Shown: one piece after another, positions 8,717 through 15,946 of the stretch
Numbering within the stretch: position 1 is the stretch's first letter
Layout: the number at the start of each line of letters is the position of its first letter
Assembly: GCA_035461245.1 (NCBI GenBank)
Contig: DATHVP010000148.1
Coordinates: 75 to 64,074 of the forward strand
Length of the DNA: 64,000 nt
DNA from: Longimicrobiales bacterium
GTDB lineage: Bacteria; Gemmatimonadota; Gemmatimonadetes; Longimicrobiales; RSA9
Direction: 5' to 3'
Program-made: the position numbers and the translations under genes
Notes under the pieces: model-generated
Database searches by the model: none
What the model saw: the letters and a program-made list of their open reading frames with translations, nothing else
Told to the model about the DNA's origin: nothing

Positions 8717-10108
8717 TCAGCGGCCGAACACCACCGGGCTCTCGTTGCCGTTCCGGGCCACCGCCGCCACGCCAAAGACGTAGTTGTCAATGATCAGGTT
8801 CTGCAGCGTGTACTCGGTGATGTTGCCGACATAGACCCAGTTCGTCCACTGCGGCTCTGTCGTCAGCCGCCAGTAGACCTTGTAACCTGCCAGTGCCGGC
8901 GAGTCCACCGCCGTCCAGTTCAAGGTGGCCGACGGCCGGACCGCACCCGTCAGGCGCACCGTGTCAGGCGGCGGTGGCGCCCACGCCAGCGCCGCCAGCG
9001 TAGCCACATTCACGGCAGTAAGACGTGCGGCGTAGTCGAAGTTGACGCCCTCCACCACGTCGCCGTATTCGATGCCGTCCTCCACGCGGATGTTCTGGTG
9101 CTGCCGCGTGTAGTTCTCGTGGGCCTCCATGATTCGGATCCCCGGGAATCCTGCATCGTTAAACGGCCGGTGGTGCCCGCCGCGGCCGAACCGGTCCAGC
9201 CGATAGATCATCATGGCATCCAGGTTCGTGAAGTACTCGCTGGTGATCCTGTCCACGTACCGGGCCAGCTGCCGGGACACGCCGTCCACCTCGCCGCCCC
9301 GCGTCCGTCGGGCTCGCCGCTCCTGCTCCGTCTCCGTCACCGGCGTCGGCTCGCTGAAGACCCGGAACACCGTGTTGTTGATGACGCCGTCGATACCCTC
9401 GATGTTGCCGATCATGTCATTGTTCAGGACGGCTTCGATGACCCAGCCGTCCTCGATTGCCTGCTGTGCCATGTGCTGGCCGCCCCACAGGCCCTGCTCC
9501 TCGCCGGACAGCCCGACGAACACCACGCTCTTGCCATAGCGATGCTGCGTCATCATGCGCGCCGCCTCGAGCACGCCGGCCATGCCGCTGGCGTTGTCGT
9601 TGGCGCCTGGCGCGTCACTGGTGAAGTCGGCCGTGTTCGAAGCCCGGGAGTCGATATCGCCCGCCATGATGACATAGTGGTCCGGATGGGTGGTGCCACG
9701 CAGCACCGCGACGACGTTCACCACGTTCACCGGCTGAGGATCGGTAGATCCCTGCGGCCTGCCCTGGAAGATGGCCTCCTGATAGTAGACATCCAGGCAC
9801 CCACCGCACGCCGTCGATATACGGTCGAACTCCGCCCTGATCCAGCGGCGGGCAGCACCGATGCCGCGAGAATCGGACAGCGTGTCCGAATAGGTGTTGC
9901 GCGTGCCGAACCCGGCGAGGATGCGGATGTCCCGCTCAATCCGCTCGGCGGAGGCAGACTCGATGAGGCCGTAGATTCGCGGATCCCTGGGCGGCGGAAC
10001 TTCCTGCGCGTCGGCTGCGGCCTGTGCCATCGCGGGAGGGGCGAACGTCAGAATGGTCACCAGCCCGACGATGATGGTGGCGAACAGGGATCGAAGTGGC
10101 TTCAGCAT
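8717..10108 (-). CDS. M28 family metallopeptidase with C-terminal fibronectin type III domain
   Basis: Start at the ATG at 10108 (MLKPLRSLFATIIVGLV...AMAQ signal). M28 motifs are present (DSRASN...GANDNASG, LSGEEQGLWG). The FN3-like tail contains YKVYWR. Confidence 0.85.
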   Translation of the reverse strand: MLKPLRSLFATIIVGLVTILTFAPPAMAQAAADAQEVPPPRDPRIYGLIESASAERIERDIRILAGFGTRNTYSDTLSDSRGIGAARRWIRAEFDRISTACGGCLDVYYQEAIFQGRPQGSTDPQPVNVVNVVAVLRGTTHPDHYVIMAGDIDSRASNTADFTSDAPGANDNASGMAGVLEAARMMTQHRYGKSVVFVGLSGEEQGLWGGQHMAQQAIEDGWVIEAVLNNDMIGNIEGIDGVINNTVFRVFSEPTPVTETEQERRARRTRGGEVDGVSRQLARYVDRITSEYFTNLDAMMIYRLDRFGRGGHHRPFNDAGFPGIRIMEAHENYTRQHQNIRVEDGIEYGDVVEGVNFDYAARLTAVNVATLAALAWAPPPPDTVRLTGAVRPSATLNWTAVDSPALAGYKVYWRLTTEPQWTNWVYVGNITEYTLQNLIIDNYVFGVAAVARNGNESPVVFGR

Positions 10109-10294
10109 GGCACGTCCTCCAGAGGTCATGGCAGGGGAAGACGTGCAACATAGCAACGGGAGCAGGCTGCCGCACGCCCGCCACTGCAGGCGACACTGCA
10201 TCCCTTGGGAGACCGGGTCCAGGTGGGGTAGCGATGAATGCGGGCGGTGGCGCCGGCGGAGCCGGATGCCGACGTCCCCCCCACCGCCGCACAT

Positions 10295-12298
10295 TCAGCC
10301 GTCGCGCAACGCCTGCCTGACCGTCCGCACCAGGTCCTTCTGGGTAAACGGCTTCTCCAGGAACCGCTGCTGCGCCGACACGCGGCCATCCGCCTTCAGG
10401 CCCTCTTCCGTAAACCCGGACATCAGCACGATGCGGGCATCCGGATGACTGCCCGAGAGCCGCTCCGCCAGCTCTTCCCCGCTCATGTTGGGCATCATGA
10501 GGTCTGTGACAACCACGTCGATTCCCTTCTCGTCACGAGCCCTGGAGAGCGCCTCCTCGCCACTCGCCGCGGCGATGACATTCAGCCCCTCCTTTCGCAG
10601 GGTCCGCTCGGCGAGCCTGCGGATGCTGTCGTCGTCCTCGACCAGGAGGACGGTGACGGGGCGCTGACCGTTGGTGCCAACCCGGTCGGGAGCGCTGGCG
10701 GCAGCAGAAACCGGGGCCGGGGGCATGCGCTCCCCTTCGGGCGACATCGCATCAACGGCTTCGGCGACGTCCTCGTTCTCTCCGGCGGAGGCGACCGGCA
10801 GGAACACCTTGATCGTGGTGCCTACGCCAATTTCGCTGTATACGGAGATATGTCCGCCGCACTGCCTGACGATGCCATACACAGTGGGCAGGCCCAGGCC
10901 GGTACCCTCGGGCCTGGTGGTGAAGAACGGCTCGAACATCTTGCTCTGGACGTCCTCGCTCATGCCACAGCCGTTGTCGCTGATGGTCAGCTGGACGTAC
11001 TCGCCGGGCGCCACGTCCAGGCCCCGGACGCCGTACGAGTCGTCGAAGCGGGTTGCTGATGTCCGGATCGTGATGCGGCCGCCGTCCCGTATGGCGTCCC
11101 GGGCATTGACCGCAAGGTTTACCAGCACCTGCTCCAGCTGGCCGCGGTCCACCATGGCTTCTGGAATACCGGTGCGGAGGGCCAGTTCCAGCGATATGTC
11201 AGCGCGCACCAGACGCCGCAGCAGGCGCTCCACATCGGCGACGACGGCATTCACGTCCACTGCCTGCGGATGATTGGGCTGGCGCCGGGCAAAGGTCAGC
11301 AGCTGCCTGGTAAGCTCCGTCGCACGCTCGGCGACCTTGCGCACCTCGACCACGTCCTCACGCACGGGCGCATCCTCGGGGAGGTCCTCCAGCACGAACT
11401 GGACGTGGCCCTGGATTGCCGTGAGCAGGTTGTTGAAGTCATGTGCTATGCCTGCGGCCAGGCGGCCGATGGCATCCATCTTCTGAGCCTGACGAAGCTG
11501 CTGCTCGCTGCGACGCAGATTCTCGTTGCTCGCTGCCAGGCCGTGCTCGGCGCGACGATGCTCTGTCACATCGCGGAGCAACAGCACGACTGACGGGCCG
11601 CCCGCGAACCGCATCGGAAGTGCGGCCGCCTGGAGGAAACGCTCGCCACTCTCGGTGCGGACGGCGTATTCGAGCTCACCAGGCGCCGCCGGCGTCCGTG
11701 TCCTCACGACCTGGCGCACTCGTTTCAGGACGTCTGCCGGCAGGACAGTGCTCGTGGGGGCACCGCGTAGCTGGCGGGGCGCGGTGGGGCCGACCAGCTG
11801 CGCTGCCGCAGTATTGCTGTAGACGATACAGCCTCCCTGCTCGACGATCACCGACTCCGGGAGCCGGTCGAGAAAACTGCGCAGGTGGTGCTCCCCCGAG
11901 CGGCGAACCTTTCTCGCCTTCACCTGAGCCGTACAATCCCGAAACAACATGAGCATTCGATTGTCATCTACCCTGCGACAGCGCAGCTCGATGGCCTGCC
12001 TGCGCCCTCCGTGGCGGCGGGTCACGACCGTCGTGGTACCACCGTTAACGTCAACGGCGTGCACCACGCGGTCGAACCACCGCGAGCCCTCGCGGCTGAA
12101 CCGGTGACTGCCCTCACCGGCCCAGCCGAACAGGGTGGCGGCTTCGCTGTTGAACTGAAGCACCTCGCCCTGCCGACTCAGAACGGCGGCCGGAGCGGGG
12201 ATTGCGTCCAGCCAATCCACGTCCTCGCCCCTCGCGACGAACGCGCGATGGTCCCGTCCTGTGCCCTCATGCATCACGATGTCCCCTCCCCACTGCAT
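10295..12298 (-). CDS. Hybrid sensor histidine kinase (PAS-PAS-HisKA-HATPase-REC)
   Basis: H-box AAGIAHDFNNLL, an ATPase G-boxes region (DNGCGM, GTGLGLPTVYG) and a C-terminal receiver (VLLVEDDDSIR...DVVVTDLMMPNMSG). The start could be 12298 or 12274. Confidence 0.9.
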   Translation of the reverse strand: MQWGGDIVMHEGTGRDHRAFVARGEDVDWLDAIPAPAAVLSRQGEVLQFNSEAATLFGWAGEGSHRFSREGSRWFDRVVHAVDVNGGTTTVVTRRHGGRRQAIELRCRRVDDNRMLMLFRDCTAQVKARKVRRSGEHHLRSFLDRLPESVIVEQGGCIVYSNTAAAQLVGPTAPRQLRGAPTSTVLPADVLKRVRQVVRTRTPAAPGELEYAVRTESGERFLQAAALPMRFAGGPSVVLLLRDVTEHRRAEHGLAASNENLRRSEQQLRQAQKMDAIGRLAAGIAHDFNNLLTAIQGHVQFVLEDLPEDAPVREDVVEVRKVAERATELTRQLLTFARRQPNHPQAVDVNAVVADVERLLRRLVRADISLELALRTGIPEAMVDRGQLEQVLVNLAVNARDAIRDGGRITIRTSATRFDDSYGVRGLDVAPGEYVQLTISDNGCGMSEDVQSKMFEPFFTTRPEGTGLGLPTVYGIVRQCGGHISVYSEIGVGTTIKVFLPVASAGENEDVAEAVDAMSPEGERMPPAPVSAAASAPDRVGTNGQRPVTVLLVEDDDSIRRLAERTLRKEGLNVIAAASGEEALSRARDEKGIDVVVTDLMMPNMSGEELAERLSGSHPDARIVLMSGFTEEGLKADGRVSAQQRFLEKPFTQKDLVRTVRQALRDG

Positions 12299-12366
12299 TC
12301 AGCCGGCAGCACTTGCCGGCGTGGATCGACCAGCCTCGACCGGTCCGGATCAGTCCACCTCTCCGG

Positions 12367-12516
12367 CTAGTCCACTTCGTCGGGGTCGAAATCCGACCAC
12401 GACCTGTTCAGGTACGATTCCAGGAAACGGCCTCCCATACCGCGGGTCTGCTTCACGGCGTTGCCCTGTTCGGTGACCGTGGGGGGCGTGTAGGGCTTCT
12501 TCTGCTGCTTCTCCAT
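12367..12516 (-). CDS. Lasso peptide precursor (A), 49 aa: leader MEKQQKKPYTPPTVTEQGNAVKQTR, core GMGGRFLESYLNRSWSDFDPDEVD
   Basis: An AAGGAG (12523-12528) sits 6 nt before the ATG at 12516. The leader fits YxxPxLx3Gx5Tx with Thr at -2. The core has Gly1 and Glu8. The gene lies immediately downstream of the cyclase gene. Confidence 0.8.
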   Translation of the reverse strand: MEKQQKKPYTPPTVTEQGNAVKQTRGMGGRFLESYLNRSWSDFDPDEVD

Positions 12517-12586
12517 GATGGGCTCCTTGTGACAATGATGTACGCGCCAGCGCACCATGCCCGGCGCAGGGTTGAACACGTGCTAC

Positions 12587-14398
12587 CTATGCTGCCGTGG
12601 CCGCGGTGCGCGGCCGGGCATCCCAGCGACCGTTCCGCACGGCCAGCCACGTCTCCAGCGAGAGCGCACACAGCAGTTGAACATTGTGAACCGGCACGCC
12701 CCGCCGGGCCTGGTCCACCTCGTGCCGCAGGCGCGCTGCATCGATGCAGCCGAGCTGCGCCAGGATGGGGTCCTTCAGCAGGGCGTCCAGGCGCGCACGC
12801 TCCCGGTGCAGCGACCACAGCACGCGGGCGTCGATCCCGCCCTTGGTGGTCCGAGTCCTGACCTTCTCCGGGAGTACGTCCCGGGTGGCCTGCCGCAGGA
12901 TCCACTTGCGCGCATAGGGACGGACCCGCTGTGATGGCGGCAGCCGGAGGGACCATTCCACCAGCGGCCGGTAAAGGAACGGGTAGCGGATCTCCACGTC
13001 AGATCCGTGCATGGTTCGCTCGAGCCAGGACGGCAGCGTGCCCAGCGCGGACGCGATGCTGTGAGCGAAGCGGCCGCCGCCGCGGCGGTCCGCTGACGCT
13101 GGCGCCGACCGAGCGTTCAGGGATGGGCTCATCCAGGCGGGACCCGCCGGCCCTGCCGCGCCCCGTCGCATGATCCCGGGCAGGAACGGGTCTACCAGGA
13201 ACCGGCGCCCCACTTTCCAGAACGACTGCCGCGTGGCGACCGACCACCGCGTCACCTCGTTCATTGCCGCGCGGAACTGCCTCCGGCTGGCCAGGTCCGT
13301 GATGTAGTCCAGGTTGCCCGACAGGTAGTGGTCGGCCCCGATGCCACTCAGCAGGACCCGTGAGCCCGCGTTGCGCACGATTGCCGAAACGCGCCGCTCC
13401 CTGGCAAAGAACGGGTACATGGGGGCCGGATGGTCCGTGGCGGGCGGCGGCATGCCGTCATCCTGCCACAGCCAGTAGTCGTGCAACTGCTCATTGCGGA
13501 TGCCATACTTATCCACGACGGCGCTGGAATACGCGCGCTCGTCGCCCTCCCCCAGGGAGTCCACGAACGTCACCGTACCGGCAAGCCGTCCCCCCTCCGG
13601 CCGCAGCCTGCTCGCCAGCCCCACTACCGATGACGAATCGAGGCCGCCCGACAGGTAGGCCCAGACGTCGCCGGTGTCCTCCATCCGTGTGCGCACGCCA
13701 TCTTCCAGCAACTGCCGGAACCGCAAGCAGTTGGCTTCCTCGTCGCCCGACGCCTCCGGGACGAATTCTTCGGGGCGCCAGTACCGTTCCGCCGTCCGCA
13801 CCGTGCCCCGGTGCCGGACCACGCCACCGGGCTCCACCGATGTGAGCCCCCGCCAGATGGTGGCGGTCACCTCCGTCGCGAACCCCGTGAGCTGGGCGTG
13901 GATGTATTCGACGTCGTACTCCTCATCGAGCTGGATCGGCCCCACCTCCGAGGAAAACAGGACCAGGTCATCCGATCGCCGCTGGTACAGCGGCTTCACC
14001 CCGAAGGCATCCCGGACGGCCAGCAGCTTCTCCGCACCCGGGTCCCACACGACGAACGCAAAGTCCCCCAGGAGTTGGCGAATGCACGCTTCACCCCGGG
14101 CATCCAGGGCGGCCAGCACAAGCTGCAGGTCACTGTCCGCTTCCCCGGCCTGGATCCCGGCCAGGGCGGCGACCTCCGCACGATTGTCCAGGCGGACATC
14201 CCCCGCCCCCGTCAGCGTGCGCCAGCGCGCCAGCTTCGGGCGCAGGTCGTCTGGCGCCGACGTGGCCACCGCCGCGAAAGGGCCGTCCACGATGGAGTTC
14301 AGCGCGTCGCCCTCGTCCCGACGCAGGCGGGCGATGTAGCCAAATACATCCCCCCGGGACAATGCCGCACCTCCGGGCCGCAGTGCACAGACAAACAT
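12587..14398 (-). CDS. Lasso peptide cyclase (C), asparagine synthetase-like lactam synthetase
   Basis: 603 aa with AsnB-like fold and the PP-loop YLSGGLDSSSVV. It lacks the Cys2 glutaminase nucleophile (starts MFVCAL). Its start forms an ATGA overlap with the B2 stop. Confidence 0.9.
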   Translation of the reverse strand: MFVCALRPGGAALSRGDVFGYIARLRRDEGDALNSIVDGPFAAVATSAPDDLRPKLARWRTLTGAGDVRLDNRAEVAALAGIQAGEADSDLQLVLAALDARGEACIRQLLGDFAFVVWDPGAEKLLAVRDAFGVKPLYQRRSDDLVLFSSEVGPIQLDEEYDVEYIHAQLTGFATEVTATIWRGLTSVEPGGVVRHRGTVRTAERYWRPEEFVPEASGDEEANCLRFRQLLEDGVRTRMEDTGDVWAYLSGGLDSSSVVGLASRLRPEGGRLAGTVTFVDSLGEGDERAYSSAVVDKYGIRNEQLHDYWLWQDDGMPPPATDHPAPMYPFFARERRVSAIVRNAGSRVLLSGIGADHYLSGNLDYITDLASRRQFRAAMNEVTRWSVATRQSFWKVGRRFLVDPFLPGIMRRGAAGPAGPAWMSPSLNARSAPASADRRGGGRFAHSIASALGTLPSWLERTMHGSDVEIRYPFLYRPLVEWSLRLPPSQRVRPYARKWILRQATRDVLPEKVRTRTTKGGIDARVLWSLHRERARLDALLKDPILAQLGCIDAARLRHEVDQARRGVPVHNVQLLCALSLETWLAVRNGRWDARPRTAATAA

Positions 14399-14799
14399 CA
14401 GTGCACCTCCAGCGCGGGGAAGACCGTCAGGTTCAGCGGCAGGTCACCCTGCTCCGCCACCGGTTCGCCATCCACTTCCACCCAGGCATGGGCGTAGAAC
14501 GGCCGGGCATTCGCCCCAAGACGAATTTCCGCCGCCACACCGCGCCTGCGCAGCAACATGTACAGCGCCAGCGACTGCTCCAGACACCGGGCACGGCGCG
14601 GATAGAACGCTGCCGCCGTAGATACTCGCCGCGCCGTTTCCGCAACCAGGCCCCGATCCTCGACCCCCGCCGGCCGCGCCCCGACCCGCCGGGCCAGGCG
14701 CAGGGTAGCGCGCAGGCCACGCACTCGGGCGTGAACATCCACCAGCGCCAGCACGACCAGGCACAGTAACATCGACGGGGCTGCCCTGGGCGTGCTCAT
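14398..14799 (-). CDS. Lasso peptide leader protease (B2), transglutaminase-like cysteine protease
   Basis: About 133 aa with a Cys...His...Asp arrangement (RARCLEQSLAL, FYAHAWVEVDGEPV) typical of lasso B2 proteins. The ATG at 14799 forms an ATGA overlap with the B1 stop. The track start is 14805 (GTG). Confidence 0.85.
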   Translation of the reverse strand: MSTPRAAPSMLLCLVVLALVDVHARVRGLRATLRLARRVGARPAGVEDRGLVAETARRVSTAAAFYPRRARCLEQSLALYMLLRRRGVAAEIRLGANARPFYAHAWVEVDGEPVAEQGDLPLNLTVFPALEVH

Positions 14800-15110
14800 G
14801 GGCACTCCACCAGGCCCCGGGAATGCAACTCACGAAGGAACGTGTCCGCGTCCTGCTCCAGGATCTCTTCCGCCGCGTCGAACTCCGCAGCCAGACGCCG
14901 GCATATGTCGGCCCGGCTGGAACCACGCTCCAGTTCCTCCCAGATCACGGCCCCCGTCTCGTCCAGAGTCAGGTAGACTTCACGATCCAGGTCCAGCAGC
15001 ACGGCAACACCGTCCCTTCGAGCCGTCAGCACGTTCCGGGAGGGACGCAGCCCTCCGCCTGACCCGGCTCCGGGTCCTCCTCGCCTGCTCAGCCACCTGA
15101 TCATGTTCAC
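14796..15110 (-). CDS. PqqD-family RiPP recognition element protein (lasso B1/E)
   Basis: About 100 aa with a PqqD-like pattern (VLLDLDREVYLTLDETGAVIWEELERG...ADICRRLAAEF...DADTFLRELHSRGLV). The start is GTG at 15110 or, better spaced from the GAGGGG Shine-Dalgarno, ATG at 15104. Confidence 0.85.
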   Translation of the reverse strand: MNMIRWLSRRGGPGAGSGGGLRPSRNVLTARRDGVAVLLDLDREVYLTLDETGAVIWEELERGSSRADICRRLAAEFDAAEEILEQDADTFLRELHSRGLVECP

Positions 15111-15170
15111 CCCCTCTGGTATGCCTCCGCACGTAGTCTAGCCCACGGAGACGGTGGAAAGGTTGGGTCT

Positions 15171-15213
15171 GTGTCAGAACTATGTCAGGAAATGATGGGG
15201 AAATGTCAGGAAA
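15171..15213 (-). promoter_or_regulatory. Phased direct repeats (candidate OmpR-family response regulator operator) upstream of the lasso operon
   Basis: The plus strand shows GTGTCAGAA (15171-15179), then ATGTCAGGAAA (15182-15192) and ATGTCAGGAAA (15203-15213). TGTCAG cores are spaced 11 and 21 nt apart. The repeats lie 60-105 nt upstream of the B1 start, right after the response regulator stop. Confidence 0.4.
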
Positions 15214-15239
15214 CGGTTAAGAACCCCCCCGACAGGGGC

Positions 15240-15926
15240 TTATGGCTGGAGGCAGTACCCGGACTTGCGTACGGTGAGCAGGTGGCGGGGCTGGGCGGGA
15301 TCCGATTCCAGCTTGAGGCGGAGTTCCCGGATGTGGGTGTCGATGGTGCGGCTCATGACCGTTGCGCGGTGTCCCCACACTTCCCGGAGCAGTTCCTGGC
15401 GAGTCAGCACGACGCCAGGTCGGCGGGCCAGTGCCAGGAGCAGGGAGAACTCGCGATGGGCGAGGGCGATGGGCTGGCCGCCACGGGTGACGGTCCGGGC
15501 GGTCGCGTCTATGACGATATCCCCGAACCGGTGGGTTTCCGAGGACTGAGTCCGTGGCTCGTTACCGGTGCGGCGCAGCAGGGCCTCCACCCGGGCGAGA
15601 AGTTCCAGCAGGCTGAACGGCTTGGTTACGAAGTCATCGGCGCCGTGGCGGAAGCCGCGCACCTTGTCGGCCTCCTCTCCTTTGGCGGAGAGGATGAGGA
15701 CCGGCGTGAGGTTCCCCTCTTCCCGGAGGGTGCGGAGGACGCGGTACCCGTCCATACCGGGCATCATCAGGTCGAGGATGACGAGGTCAGGCCGGATGGC
15801 ACGGACGCGCTCGAGTCCCGCGATACCGTCCTCGGCGAGGGTGATGTCGTAGCCCTCGATTTCGAGGTTGTTACGCAAGCCGAAAGCGAGGTCCGGGTTG
15901 TCTTCGACGATGAGAATGCGGTGCAT
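15240..15926 (-). CDS. OmpR/PhoB-family response regulator
   Basis: Start at the ATG at 15926 (MHRILIVEDNPDL). It has a receiver domain (DLVILDLMMPGMDG, ILSAKG) plus a winged-helix trans_reg_C domain (LTRQELLREVWG...TIDTHIRELRLKLE). Confidence 0.9.
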   Translation of the reverse strand: MHRILIVEDNPDLAFGLRNNLEIEGYDITLAEDGIAGLERVRAIRPDLVILDLMMPGMDGYRVLRTLREEGNLTPVLILSAKGEEADKVRGFRHGADDFVTKPFSLLELLARVEALLRRTGNEPRTQSSETHRFGDIVIDATARTVTRGGQPIALAHREFSLLLALARRPGVVLTRQELLREVWGHRATVMSRTIDTHIRELRLKLESDPAQPRHLLTVRKSGYCLQP

Positions 15927-15946
15927 CGGCTCCGGTACGTCCTGCG

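Noticed and set aside
8714-10153. 479-aa plus-strand ORF
   Set aside because: It is antisense to the M28/FN3 peptidase gene. No recognisable motifs are present, and it is rich in Arg, His, Val and Asp in the manner of a shadow frame.
12517-12579. Longer version of the precursor ORF starting at 12579 (MFNPAPGMVRWRVHHCHKEPI...)
   Set aside because: The AAGGAG Shine-Dalgarno lies inside this extension, correctly spaced for the ATG at 12516. Lasso leaders are typically about 20-25 aa, and the extension would add 21 residues with no known motif.
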